DNA from: an uncultured Acidobacteriota bacterium
Lineage (GTDB): Bacteria; Acidobacteriota; Thermoanaerobaculia; Gp7-AA8
DNA length: 64,000 nt
Reading direction: 5' to 3'
Assembly (NCBI GenBank): GCA_963822445.1
Contig: CAWGHO010000001.1
Span: 1,195,967-1,259,966 of the forward strand
Both the position numbers and the translations under genes were made by a program. Under the pieces are notes generated by a model. It ran no database searches and was not told the DNA's origin. It was given only the letters and a program-made list of their open reading frames with translations. Of this stretch, positions 1-10,512 are shown piece after piece (position 1 is the stretch's first letter; every line of letters starts with the position of its first letter).

Positions 1-1316
1 CCCGTTCTGCCGTTCAAGACGCAGATCGACGTGCTTGCCGGCGCCGGTGAACTTGATCGCGTTCGAGAGCAGATTGCCGATGACCTGCTGCATGCGGTTC
101 GGATCGGCGGCGACCATCGTCGCGCGATCGTCGAGGTCCCAGGTCAGTTTCACGTCGCGTGCGGACGCGGCCGGCCGCGCCGTCGTGAGCGCGGCCTCGA
201 TGACATCGCCGATGCGGGTCGGCTTGAGATCGACCTGGAACTTACCGAGGACCATGCGCGAGACGTCGAGCATGTCGTCGATGAGGCGGGCCTGGAGACG
301 CGCGCTCGATTCGATGGTCTGCAGCGCTTCGTGTAACTCTTCGGGCTCGAAGTGTCCGGTGCGCAGGAACTGCACCCAGCCGAGGATGGAGGTCATGGGC
401 GTGCGCAGCTCGTGGGAGAGCGTGGCCAGGAAGTTGTCCTTCGCCCGATTCTGAGCCTCGGCCTCCTGATACCGCCGCTCCGCCTCGGCTGCCTGCGCCG
501 CGGCGCGCTTTTCAGTGACGTCGCGGAAGGTGATTACTGATCCGAGGAGATCGCCGCTCTCCTCGCGCATCGGCGATGCGCAGAACTCGACCGGGAAACT
601 CGTGCCGTCCGCGCGGAAGAACGTGTCCTGGATCTCGTCGTACGCCGAGTCGCCGTGCACGACCGCGTGCAGCCGGCAGCGTTTGACGTCGCAGGTCAGC
701 ACTCCCGGAAAGACGGGGTGAACCAGCGAGTGCATGTCGTTGCCTTTGATCTCTTCGACGGTGCGGCCGATCATCCGCGCCGCCGCCGGATTGACGAACG
801 TGGTCGAACCTTCCAGGCCTACGCCAAACACCCCTTCGGCCGCCGCGCGCAGGATCAGCTCGTTCTGCCTGATCAGCCGCGAGAGCTCGTGCGCCTGCCG
901 CTTGAATGCCTCGCGTTTGCGGAACAGCTCCACGAACACGTTGACCTTCGAGCGAAGGATCTCCGGGTGGAAAGGCTTGAAGATGTAGTCGACCGCGCCG
1001 AGCTCGTAGCCGCGGAAGACGTTCGTCTCGCTGCGGCTGAGTGCGGTGAGAAAGATGATCGGCGTGTCGCGGGAGCGGTCGCGCTGGCGGATGAGATTCG
1101 CAGTCTCGAATCCGTCCAGATCGGGCATCTGCACATCAAGGAGCACGACCGCGAAGTCCATCTGCAGCAGGTGCTTGAGCGCCTTCGCTCCGGAATCGGC
1201 CTGAACGGTGTTCAACCCCAGGTCGCTCAGGATCGACTCCAGAGCGAGGAGGTTGTTCGGCTGGTCGTCGACCAGCAGGATGTTCACGCGTTCGTCGTTC
1301 CCTGGCAGCGGCGTCA
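1..1316 (-). CDS. Response-regulator receiver-PAS-HisKA-HATPase_c hybrid sensor kinase, partial (C-terminus runs off the window start)
   Basis: Manual minus-strand translation from the ATG at 1316 gives MTPLPGNDERVNILLVDDQ (receiver start), then PAS, a LATLSHELRTP H-box and an NLLSNAIKFT N-box. The plus-strand ORF 655..1647 is its antisense artefact. Confidence 0.7.
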
Positions 1317-1404
1317 TCGGCTGCTCCGGCAATCGACGGTGCACTGGAGATCCCGCGTCTTCGCGCGGGATAAATTGAACTGTTCGTCTGTCATTGAAGT
1401 TCCG

Positions 1405-1974
1405 TCATCGGCTGCTCCGGCAAAGCTCGACGAGGAAGGGCCCGATGCGTTCGAGAGGCAAAATCCGATCCACGCGACCGGCAGCAATGGCAGCCTCGGG
1501 CATGGCCGGCGATTCGGCCGTCTTGGGGTCCTGGGCAATCACGAATCCGCCGCGCTGCTTGATGCGTCCTGCGCCGCGCGTCCCGTCGCTGTTCGCGCCC
1601 GTCAGAATGACTCCGATCACCGACTGCCCATAGGCATCGGCGGCTGACTCGAACAGCACGTCGATCGACGGCCGGGAGTACGCCACGGCGGCATCGACGG
1701 AGAGACTGAGCTCGCCATGTTCCGCGGTGCGCTCGACGAGCAGGTGATAGTTCGCCGGCGCAAGATACACATGCCCCGGCTGCAACCACTGCTTGTCATC
1801 CGCATCGACGACGCTCAGCGACGAGTGACGCCGGAAGTACGCCGGCAACGCTTCGCTCGACGTTTTGTAGCGATGCTGCGCGACGACGATCGGCACGCAG
1901 AATTCCTTGGGAAGTGACTCGAGGATGATGTGCAACGCGCGCATCCCGCCCATTGAGCAGCCGATGGCGATCAA
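1405..1974 (-). CDS. cheB: CheB-type protein-glutamate methylesterase, catalytic domain only (no receiver domain)
   Basis: 189-aa ORF. MIAIGCSMGGMRAL...HVYLAPANYHLLV...ILTGANSDGTRG match CheB methylesterase domain motifs. Confidence 0.85.
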   Translation of the reverse strand: MIAIGCSMGGMRALHIILESLPKEFCVPIVVAQHRYKTSSEALPAYFRRHSSLSVVDADDKQWLQPGHVYLAPANYHLLVERTAEHGELSLSVDAAVAYSRPSIDVLFESAADAYGQSVIGVILTGANSDGTRGAGRIKQRGGFVIAQDPKTAESPAMPEAAIAAGRVDRILPLERIGPFLVELCRSSR

Positions 1975-2058
1975 TTCGTACGTGCGCAGTGCCTCGCGCG
2001 TGACCCGGCCGTCTCGCCAGGAGCGAATACCGGGAGGAGAGTTGCGGTGCGGCCGCCA

Positions 2059-2913
2059 TCACCTCACCCTCCGGTACAGCTTCTCTTCCGCGTCGACGAC
2101 CTCGTAGCTGTCGGCCACGCCGGTGTATTTGATCGACTCCTTCTTGCCGAGGCCGAGGATGCCGAACATCTCCATCGACTGGAGGAAGAGCTCCTGCACG
2201 CGCTCCTGCAGGGCGTTGTTGAAGTAGATCAACACGTTCCTGCAGAAGATGACGTTGAAGTGATTGAACGACGCGTCGGTCACGAGGTTGTGCTGCGCGA
2301 AGACCACGTTCTCGCGCAGTGACGGGCGGAAGATCGCGTAGTCGTAGCGGGCGGTGTAGTAGTCGGAGAACGTTCCCGTACCGCCGCCGGTGATGTAGTT
2401 CGAGGTGTTCTCCTGCATCGTCGACAGCGGAAAGATGCCGGACTTGGCTTTCTGCAGGACGGCCTCGTTGATGTCGGTCGCATAAATCCGGCACCGGTCG
2501 TAGAGGCCCTCTTCCTGGAGAAGAATGGCCATCGAGTAGACCTCTTCGCCGGTCGAACAGCCGGCGTGCCAGATCCGGACGAACGGATAGGTGCGGAGGA
2601 TGGGGACGACCTTCGTGCGGAAGGCGAAGTAGAAGGTCGGGTCGCGGAACATCGCCGTCGTGTTGACGGAGAGGTCGAGAAGCAGGCGCTCCATGACTCC
2701 GGAGTCATGCAGCACTTTCTCGATGAGCCCCGAGACGGTGCTCAGCCCCTCGGCATAAACGCGCTTCCAGATCCGGCGGCGCAGGGAGGGCAGGGAGTAA
2801 TCGCGGAAGTCGAAGCCGTAGTGGCGGTAAATGCCCTCCGTCAGAAGGCGAACTTCGATCTCCTCCAGTTCCGCCCGGGTCTGTTCATCGTTGATGGCGG
2901 CGGGATTCGACAT
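2059..2913 (-). CDS. cheR: CheR-type chemotaxis protein methyltransferase
   Basis: 284-aa ORF with the CheR N-terminal helical domain and SAM-dependent methyltransferase motifs (RIWHAGCSTGEEVYSMAILL, ATDINEAVL, NVLIYF). Confidence 0.9.
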   Translation of the reverse strand: MSNPAAINDEQTRAELEEIEVRLLTEGIYRHYGFDFRDYSLPSLRRRIWKRVYAEGLSTVSGLIEKVLHDSGVMERLLLDLSVNTTAMFRDPTFYFAFRTKVVPILRTYPFVRIWHAGCSTGEEVYSMAILLQEEGLYDRCRIYATDINEAVLQKAKSGIFPLSTMQENTSNYITGGGTGTFSDYYTARYDYAIFRPSLRENVVFAQHNLVTDASFNHFNVIFCRNVLIYFNNALQERVQELFLQSMEMFGILGLGKKESIKYTGVADSYEVVDAEEKLYRRVR

Positions 2914-2992
2914 GTTGCTTCACACTGCTACAGAGCAAACGGCAGGCCGTCCACGCGCGCGGCGGCGGGGGCCGCCGCCGCGCGCGTGAACC

Positions 2993-4887
2993 TTACCGGT
3001 ACAACCAGACCCGGAGCAGGCTTACCAGCTGCTGCGCGTCAATCGGCTTGGTGATGTAGTCGCTCGCCCCTGCCTCCATGCACTTCTCGCGATCGCCCTT
3101 CATCGCTTTCGCGGTCAGCGCGATCATCGGCAGGTTCTTGTATTCGTCCATGCCCCGGATCCGGCGCATCGCTTCGTAGCCATCCATCTCCGGCATCATC
3201 ACGTCCATCAGCACGACGTCGATGTCTGCGTTCTGATTCAGCGCGTCGATGCCTTCCTGGCCGCTCTCCGCGTACAGCACCTTCATCTTGTGGCGCTCGA
3301 GCAGCGATGTCAGCGCGTAGATGTTGCGCATGTCGTCGTCGACGATGAGCGCCTTCTTACCGGCCAGCACGGGATCGGACTCGTGCAGTTGCTCGAGCAT
3401 CTTCCGCTTCTGCTCCGGCAGGTTTTCCTCGACGCGGTGCAGGAACAGCGCGGTCTCGTCGAGCAGGCGATCCGGCGAGCGGACGTCCTTGACGATGATC
3501 GCGTCGGCCATCCGCTTGAGCTCCGTCTCTTCCTTCCGCGACAGATCGCGGCCGGTGTAGACGACGATCGGCGTGTCGGTGAATTTCCAGCTCGGTCTTC
3601 ATCCGGTTGATGAAGTCGAAGCCGTTCATGTCCGGCAGGCCGAGGTCAAGGACCATGCAGTCGAAGCGGCGCTCGCGCAGCAGCTGCAGCGCCTCCTCGC
3701 CCGTTCCGACGGCGGTGATCTCGACGTCGCCTTCGCCGATCAGCTCCACGATCGCGTTCCGCTGGGCTTCGTTGTCTTCAATGACCAGCAGCGACTTGTT
3801 CGGCCGCTCGAGGAAGCCCTGGATCTTCGCGAACGCGTCGTCCAGCGCGTCTTTCGTGACCGGCTTCTGCATCTGCGCGAATGCGCCGAGGCGCAGGCCG
3901 CGCGCCGCCTTCTTCGTCGCGCGGAGATGATGTGCACCGGGATGTGCCGCGTGACCCGATCGTGCTTGAGACGATCGAGCACCGTCCACCCTTCCATGTC
4001 CGGCAGCTCGAATGTCGAGCGTGATGGCGTCGGGGCGGATAGCGCTCGGCAAGCTGCAATGCTGTTTCGCCGCGCGTCGCGACGATGCCTTTGAAGCCCT
4101 TCTCGTGCGCCATGTCGAGGAGGATTCGGGCAAACGCGACGTCGTCTTCGACGATGAGCACCGTGCGATCGCCCTTCCACGATGTTGTCGCGATCGTCCG
4201 GCACCTGCTCTTCGATCGATGACCAGTTGCTCCTCACGTTCAGCGCCGCGCGCCTCGCGAGACTCGCGGTCCGGCGAGGTCTCGGCATTGAAGGTCGGGA
4301 ACGTCAGCGGCAACGGGCGCTCGTCGGTGTTCCGGTCGCGGTCCCTATCACGGCGCGCGATCGGGGCCACATACGTCTGCGGCAGGTAGAGCGTGAACGT
4401 CGATCCGACGCCCTGCTCGGCTTTCCACGCGGATCTCGCCGCCGAGCAGTCTCGCGATCTCGCGGCTGATCGACAGTCCCAGTCCGGTGCCGCCGAACTT
4501 GCGCGTCGTCGACGCGTCGGCCTGCTGGAAGGCCTCGAAGATGATCCGCTGCTTCTCTTCGGCGATGCCGATGCCCGTGTCGGTGACGCTGAACGCGACC
4601 ACGCCCGGTGCACGGTCGAGCACGTCATGTCCGTGAGTCCAGCCCGACAGCGCCGTCTCCATCTTCAACGTCACGCCACCCTTTTCGGTGAACTTGAAGG
4701 CGTTGCCGAGGAGGTTCTTGAGCACCTGCTGCAGGCGCGTCGGATCGGTGTGGATGGTGTGAGGAAGGTTCTCGGACTGCTGGATGGTGAAGTCGAGATT
4801 CTTGTCGTTGGCGACCTGGCGGAAGGTCCGCTCGGTCAGCTCGCCGACCTCCCGGAACGCTACGTCCTGTAGCGCGACGGTCATCAT
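2993..4887 (-). pseudogene. C-terminal part of the poly-HAMP hybrid kinase: HATPase_c plus three CheY-like receiver domains, split by about five indel frameshifts
   Basis: Domain pieces lie in different frames. HATPase_c: 4348..4887, continuing as GSTFTLYLPQ in frame 3357..4628. REC1: [10 protein letters not shown] in 3778..4161 and [12 protein letters not shown] in 3740..4288. REC2: [11 protein letters not shown]...MVLDLGLPDMNGF in 3357..4628. REC3 is intact in 2993..3511. The breaks are indels only, with no stop-codon decay. Confidence 0.6.
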
Positions 4888-7800
4888 TCCGCGACTCGAT
4901 CTTCGACAGGTCGAGGATGTCGTTGATCAGCGTGAGCAGGTCCTGACCCGAGCCGTGAATCGTCTTCGCGAACTCGACCTGCTTCTCGGTGAGGTTCTGA
5001 TCCGGGTTGTCCGACAGCAGCTTGGCCAGGATGAGCAGCGAGTTGAGCGGCGTGCGCAGCTCGTGGGACATGTTCGCCAGGAACTCGCTCTTGTACTTCG
5101 AGGTGAGCGCGAGCTGGCGGGCTTTCTCTTCGAGCTGCCGCTTGGCCTGTTCGACCTCGCGGTTCTTCTGCTCGACCTCTTCGTTCTGCGCGGTGAGGAG
5201 GCGGGCCTTCTCTTCGAGCTCTTCGTTCGTCTGCTGCAGTTCTTCCTGCTGTTGCTTGAGCAACTCTTCCGAGGCCTGCAGCGATTTGGCCTGGGACTCG
5301 AGACGCTTGTTGGTCTCGGTGAGCTCTTCCTGCTGCGTCTGCAGCTCTTCGGCGAGCGACTGCGACTGGACGAGCAGCTCTTCCGTCCGCATGTTCGCCT
5401 GGATGGTGTTGAGCACGACGCCGATCGACTCGGTGAGCTGATCGAGCAGCGACTGGTACGTCTCGGTGAACCGCTGGAAGGAGGCCAGCTCCATCACCGC
5501 CAGCACCTGGCCTTCGAAGACGATCGGCAGGACGATGATGTTCAACGGCTTGGATTCGCCGAGGCCGGAGTTGATCTGCACGTAGTCTTCAGGCGCGTCC
5601 GTGATGAGAATGCGCTGCTTCTCGAACGCGGCCTGTCCGACCAGCGACTCGCCGATGCGGAACTCCTTGTTGAGATGCTTGCGCTCCTTGAACGCGTACG
5701 ACGCCGCAAGCTTGAGGCGCGGCTCCGATCCGCTCGAATCCATGACGTAGAACACGCCGTGCGCGGCACTGACCACCGGCGCGAGCTCGCTGAGGATCAT
5801 CTGCGAGACGTTGGTCAGGCTCTTCTGCCCCTGCATCATCCGCGTGAACTTGGCGAGGTTCGTCTTGAGCCAGTCCTGCTCGGCGTTGCGCGACGTGGTC
5901 TCGCGCAGGTTGACGATCATCGAGTTGATGTTGTCTTTCAGGGCCGCGACTTCACCCTGCGCCTGCACGGTGATGTTCCGCGTCAGGTCGCCCTTGGTCA
6001 CGGCCGTGGCGACGTCGGCGATGGCGCGCACCTGCGTGGTGAGATTCGCGGCGAGCTGGTTGACGTTGTCGGTGAGGTCTTTCCACGTTCCCGCGGCGCC
6101 CGGCACGTTTGCCTGACCGCCGAGGCGTCCTTCGACACCGACCTCGCGCGCAACCGTGGTGACCTGATCGGCGAATGTAGCGAGCGTCTCGATCATGTCG
6201 TTGATCGTGTCGCCCAGCTCCGCGATCTCGCCTCGTGCTTCGACGGCGAGCTTCTGCTTCAGATTTCCTTTGGCGATCGCCGTCACGACCCGGGCGATAC
6301 CGCGCACCTGACTGGTCAGGTTCGCGGCCATCATGTTGACGTTGTCGGTGAGGTCCTTCCACGTGCCGGCCACGCCCTTGACCTGGGCCTGACCGCCGAG
6401 CTTCCCTTCCGTGCCGACTTCGCGAGCGACGCGCGTGACTTCCGAAGCGAAGGAGTTGAGCTGATCGACCATCGTGTTGATGGTGTCCTTCAGCTCGAGG
6501 ATCTCGCCCTTGACGTCGACGGTGATCTTCTTCGACAGATCGCCGTTCGCGACGGCCGTCGTCACCTGGGCGATGTTGCGCACCTGGTTGGTGAGGTTGG
6601 ACGCCATCATGTTGACGTTGTCCGTCAAGTCTTTCCACGTACCGGAGACTCCCCTCACCTGGGCCTGACCGCCAAGCCGGCCTTCGGTACCGACCTCGCG
6701 GGCCACGCGCGTGACTTCCGAGGCGAAGGAGTTCAGCTGATCGACCATCGTGTTGATGGTGTTCTTCAGCTCGAGGATCTCGCCGCGCACATCGACGGTG
6801 ATCTTCTTCGACAGATCACCGAGTGCGACGGCGGTAGTCACTTCGGCGATGTTGCGCACCTGCGCGGTGAGGTTCGAGGCCATGGAGTTGACCGAGTCGG
6901 TCAAGTCTTTCCACGTACCGGAGACGCCTTTGACTTCGGCCTGACCGCCCAGCCGCCCTTCCGTGCCGACCTCGCGAGCAACGCGCGTGACCTCCGCCGC
7001 GAACGAGTTGAGCTGGTCGACCATCGTGTTGATGGTGATCTTCAGCTCGAGAATCTCGCCGCTGACTTCGACGGTGATCTTCTTCGACAGATCGCCGTTC
7101 GCGACGGCGGTGGTGACCTGGGCGATGTTGCGCACCTGATTGGTCAGGTTCGACGCCATCATGTTGACGTTGTCGGTGAGGTCCTTCCAGGTACCGGCCA
7201 CGCCTTTGACCTGCGCCTGGCCGCCCAGCTTTCCTTCGACGCCGACTTCGCGCGCGACGCGCGTGACTTCCGAGGCGAAGGAGTTGAGCTGATCCACCAT
7301 CGAGTTGATGGTGTTCTTCAGCTCGAGGACCTCGCCTTTGACGTCGACGGTGATCTTCTTCGAGAGATCGCCGTTCGCGACGGCGGTTGTGACGTCGGCG
7401 ATGCTGCGCACCTGCGCGGTGAGGTTCGCGGCCATGTAGTTGACCGAGTCGGTCAAGTCTTTCCACGTGCCGGAGACTCCCTGCACGTCGGCCTGGCCGC
7501 CGAGCTTTCCTTCCGTACCGACTTCGCGCGCCACGCGCGTGACTTCGGCAGCGAACGAGCGGAGCTGATCGACCATCGTGTTGATGGTGTTCTTCAGCTC
7601 GAGGATCTCGCCTTTGACCTCGACGGTGATCTTCTTCGACAGGTCGCCGTTTGCGACGGCCGTCGTGACCTCGGCGATGTTGCGCACCTGGCCGGTGAGG
7701 TTCGAGGCCATGTAGTTGACCGAGTCGGTCAGATCCTTCCACGTGCCGGCGACGCCCTTCACTTCGGCCTGGCCGCCGAGCATGCCTTCCGTGCCGACCT

Positions 7801-10240
7801 CGCGCGACACGCGCGTGACTTCCGATGCGAAGGCCGAAAGCTGATCGACCATCGTGTTGATCGTTTCTTTGATCTGCAGGATCTCGCCGCGGACGTCGAC
7901 CGTGATCTTGCGTGTCAGATCGCCGCTGGCGATTGCCGTCGCGACGCCGGAGACGTCACGCAACTGGACGGTGAGGTTTGAGGCCATGGAGTTGACCGAG
8001 TCGGTGAGGTCTTTCCACGTACCGGCGACGCCTTTGACCTCGGCCTGCACGCCGAGCTTCCCTTCCGTTCCGACTTCCCGCGCGACGCGCGTCACTTCGG
8101 CGGCGAAGGAGTTGAGCTGATCGACCATCGTGTTGATGGTGTTCTTCAGCTCGAGGATCTCGCCGCGCACTTCGACGGTGATCTTGCGCGACAGATCGCC
8201 GAGTGCGACGGCCGTCGTCACCTCGGCGATGTTTCGCACCTGCGCGGTCAGGTTGCCGGCCATGGCGTTGACCGAGTCGGTCAGGTCCTTCCACGTTCCT
8301 GCAACGCCAGGCACTTCTGCCTGACCGCCGAGCTGTCCTTCCGAGCCGACCTCGCGAGCGACGCGCGTGACTTCCGACGCGAACGCGCTGAGCTGATCGA
8401 CCATCGTGTTGATGGTGTTCTTCAGCTCGAGGATCTCGCCGCGGACATCGACGGTGATCTTCTTCGACAGATCGCCCATGGCGACGGCGGTGGTGACGTC
8501 GGCGATGTTTCGCACCTGCGCGGTGAGGTTGCCGGCCATCGAGTTGACCGAGTCGGTGAGGTCTTTCCACGTGCCGGCCACGCCTTTGACTTCGGCCTGG
8601 CCGCCCAGTTTTCCTTCCGTTCCGACTTCGCGGGCGACGCGCGTGACTTCCGAGGCGAAGGAGTTGAGCTGATCGACCATCGTATTGATGGTGTTCTTCA
8701 GCTCGAGGATCTCACCGCGGACTTCGACGGTGATCTTCTTCGAGAGGTCGCCCATGGCGACCGCGGTCGTGACCTCAGCGATGTTGCGCACCTGGTTGGT
8801 GAGGTTCGAGGCCATCGCGTTGACCGAGTCGGTGAGGTCTTTCCACGTGCCTGCGACACCGGGCACTTCGGCCTGGCCGCCGAGGCGTCCTTCCGTGCCG
8901 ACTTCGCGGGCGACGCGCGTGACTTCCGACGCGAACGCGCGGAGCTGATCGACCATCGTGTTGATGGTGTTCTTCAACTCGAGGACTTCGCCGAGCGCTT
9001 CCGCGGTGATCTTCTTCGACAGATCGCCGTTCGCGACGGCGGTCGTGACCTCGGCGATGTTGCGGACCTGACTGGTGAGGTTCGCGGCCATGTAGTTGAC
9101 CGAGTCCGTCAAGTCTTTCCACGTACCGGAGACGCCCTGCACTTCCGCCTGGCCGCCGAGTTTTCCTTCCGTACCGACTTCGCGAGCGACGCGGGTGACT
9201 TCCGAGGCGAAGGAGCGGAGCTGGTCGACCATCGTGTTGATGGTTTCCTTCAGCTCGAGGATCTCGCCGCGCGCTTCGACGGTGATCTGTTTGGAGAGAT
9301 CGCCGTTCGCGACGGCGGTGGTGACCGCGGCGATGTTGCGAACCTGATTGGTGAGGTTCGCGGCCATGTAATTCACGGAATCCGTCAAGTCTCTCCACGT
9401 ACCGGAGACACCCTGCACATCTGCCTGACCGCCCAGCTTTCCTTCCGAACCGACTTCGCGGGCAACACGGGTGACTTCCGAGGCGAAGGAGCGGAGCTGA
9501 TCGACCATGACGTTGATGGTGTTCTTCAGCTCGAGGATCTCGCCGCGCACTTCGACGGTGATCTTCTTGGAGAGGTCGCCGGTAGCGACGGCCGTCGTGA
9601 CTTCGGCGATGTTGCGGACCTGGGAGGTGAGGTTCGCAGCCATGAAGTTGACCGAGTCCGTCAAGTCTTTCCACGTACCGGAGACGCCCTTGACGTCGGC
9701 CTGGCCGCCCAGCTTTCCTTCGGTGCCGACTTCGCGAGCGACGCGCGTGACTTCCGACGCGAACGAGGCCAGCTGCGTGACCATCGTGTTGACTGTTTTC
9801 GCCGTCCGCAGAAACTCACCCTTGAGCGGCCGGCCGTCGAACTCGATGGCCATGGTCCGGGTGAGATCGCCCTTCGCGACCGCGCCGATGACGCGCGCGA
9901 TCTCGTTGGTGGGCTGGACGAGGTCGGTGACCAGGTTGTTGACCGCGTCGGCCATGACCGCCCACTGGCCGTTGGCCGCGGGAGCCTTCAGCCGCTCGTT
10001 CAGCTTTCCCTCTTTGCCGACGACCGTCGAGATGCGCTCGATCTCGGATGAGGTCCGCTCGTTGAGCTCGAGGATGTCGTTGAGAGTGTCGGAAATTTTT
10101 CCCTGAACGCCGGTGAAGTCGACGGGCATCCGCACGCGGAAATCGCCCTTCTTCATCGACGTGAGAGTGCGCAGCAACAGCCGGTCGAAGTCCTTCGGGC
10201 CAAGCTCAGTGGCCTTGTCGACGCCAATGCCCGTGGTCAT
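4625..10240 (-). CDS. Giant sensor kinase: N-terminal HAMP-like, then about 15 tandem HAMP repeats (poly-HAMP), GAF, an E/Q-rich coiled coil and HisKA; reading frame is lost near 4885
   Basis: 1871-aa ORF with a 92-aa (276-bp) unit repeated roughly 15 times (…[57 protein letters not shown]…). GAF region [17 protein letters not shown]…, H-box [14 protein letters not shown]. The frame is lost after LDLSKIES and continues in the fragments listed as pseudogene 2993..4887. Confidence 0.8.
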   Translation of the reverse strand: MTTGIGVDKATELGPKDFDRLLLRTLTSMKKGDFRVRMPVDFTGVQGKISDTLNDILELNERTSSEIERISTVVGKEGKLNERLKAPAANGQWAVMADAVNNLVTDLVQPTNEIARVIGAVAKGDLTRTMAIEFDGRPLKGEFLRTAKTVNTMVTQLASFASEVTRVAREVGTEGKLGGQADVKGVSGTWKDLTDSVNFMAANLTSQVRNIAEVTTAVATGDLSKKITVEVRGEILELKNTINVMVDQLRSFASEVTRVAREVGSEGKLGGQADVQGVSGTWRDLTDSVNYMAANLTNQVRNIAAVTTAVANGDLSKQITVEARGEILELKETINTMVDQLRSFASEVTRVAREVGTEGKLGGQAEVQGVSGTWKDLTDSVNYMAANLTSQVRNIAEVTTAVANGDLSKKITAEALGEVLELKNTINTMVDQLRAFASEVTRVAREVGTEGRLGGQAEVPGVAGTWKDLTDSVNAMASNLTNQVRNIAEVTTAVAMGDLSKKITVEVRGEILELKNTINTMVDQLNSFASEVTRVAREVGTEGKLGGQAEVKGVAGTWKDLTDSVNSMAGNLTAQVRNIADVTTAVAMGDLSKKITVDVRGEILELKNTINTMVDQLSAFASEVTRVAREVGSEGQLGGQAEVPGVAGTWKDLTDSVNAMAGNLTAQVRNIAEVTTAVALGDLSRKITVEVRGEILELKNTINTMVDQLNSFAAEVTRVAREVGTEGKLGVQAEVKGVAGTWKDLTDSVNSMASNLTVQLRDVSGVATAIASGDLTRKITVDVRGEILQIKETINTMVDQLSAFASEVTRVSREVGTEGMLGGQAEVKGVAGTWKDLTDSVNYMASNLTGQVRNIAEVTTAVANGDLSKKITVEVKGEILELKNTINTMVDQLRSFAAEVTRVAREVGTEGKLGGQADVQGVSGTWKDLTDSVNYMAANLTAQVRSIADVTTAVANGDLSKKITVDVKGEVLELKNTINSMVDQLNSFASEVTRVAREVGVEGKLGGQAQVKGVAGTWKDLTDNVNMMASNLTNQVRNIAQVTTAVANGDLSKKITVEVSGEILELKITINTMVDQLNSFAAEVTRVAREVGTEGRLGGQAEVKGVSGTWKDLTDSVNSMASNLTAQVRNIAEVTTAVALGDLSKKITVDVRGEILELKNTINTMVDQLNSFASEVTRVAREVGTEGRLGGQAQVRGVSGTWKDLTDNVNMMASNLTNQVRNIAQVTTAVANGDLSKKITVDVKGEILELKDTINTMVDQLNSFASEVTRVAREVGTEGKLGGQAQVKGVAGTWKDLTDNVNMMAANLTSQVRGIARVVTAIAKGNLKQKLAVEARGEIAELGDTINDMIETLATFADQVTTVAREVGVEGRLGGQANVPGAAGTWKDLTDNVNQLAANLTTQVRAIADVATAVTKGDLTRNITVQAQGEVAALKDNINSMIVNLRETTSRNAEQDWLKTNLAKFTRMMQGQKSLTNVSQMILSELAPVVSAAHGVFYVMDSSGSEPRLKLAASYAFKERKHLNKEFRIGESLVGQAAFEKQRILITDAPEDYVQINSGLGESKPLNIIVLPIVFEGQVLAVMELASFQRFTETYQSLLDQLTESIGVVLNTIQANMRTEELLVQSQSLAEELQTQQEELTETNKRLESQAKSLQASEELLKQQQEELQQTNEELEEKARLLTAQNEEVEQKNREVEQAKRQLEEKARQLALTSKYKSEFLANMSHELRTPLNSLLILAKLLSDNPDQNLTEKQVEFAKTIHGSGQDLLTLINDILDLSKIESRNDDRRATGRSVPGGRRADRADLPPGRQRQESRLHHPAVREPSSHHPHRSDAPAAGAQEPPRQRLQVHRKGWRDVEDGDGAVGLDSRT

Positions 10241-10402
10241 ACGCGGGTTCTCCTCCGAGGTGAGGTAATCAATTGTGCTGAAACGGATTAGCAGGCTGGA
10301 CGGTCCCTCGCGGACGAGGGCTGATTCAGTCTTGGGAGGGGGGTGAATGCAAGTGAAGTGCCGTTATGGTTGAGTGTGGTTTCGGGCGAATCGGATGCCG
10401 AA

Positions 10403-10497
10403 GGAGGGCGGCCGCCCCGGCCGCCCTCGCTGGGCACCTTGCCCGGCGATTAGCACCGGGCGAGGCGCCCGGTGCGAGGCGAGCGAGGCGCTCGCCC
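10403..10497 (-). terminator. Cluster of three GC-rich perfect hairpins downstream of the propeller kinase, upstream of the poly-HAMP kinase start
   Basis: GAGGGCGGCCG-ccc-CGGCCGCCCTC (10403-10427), GCACCGGGCG-agg-CGCCCGGTGC (10453-10475) and GCGAGCG-agg-CGCTCGC (~10479-10495). None has a T-tract, as is common in high-GC genomes. Confidence 0.35.
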
Positions 10498-10512
10498 TCC
10501 GAGACGGTTCGG

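Noticed and set aside
655-1647. 330-aa plus-strand ORF and neighbouring plus ORFs at 31-988
   Set aside because: Antisense to the REC-PAS-kinase gene on the minus strand. Arg/Val-rich composition typical of reverse-strand frames in high-GC DNA.
4784-7981. 1065-aa plus-strand ORF
   Set aside because: Antisense frame of the poly-HAMP kinase. Low-complexity L/R/D/G-rich with no domain signal.
5952-9674. Several minus-strand ORFs of 200-310 aa, extremely Arg/His/Gly-rich (5952..6638, 6816..7742, 7956..8570, 8775..9674)
   Set aside because: Alternate frames of the HAMP repeats; periodic low-complexity artefacts.
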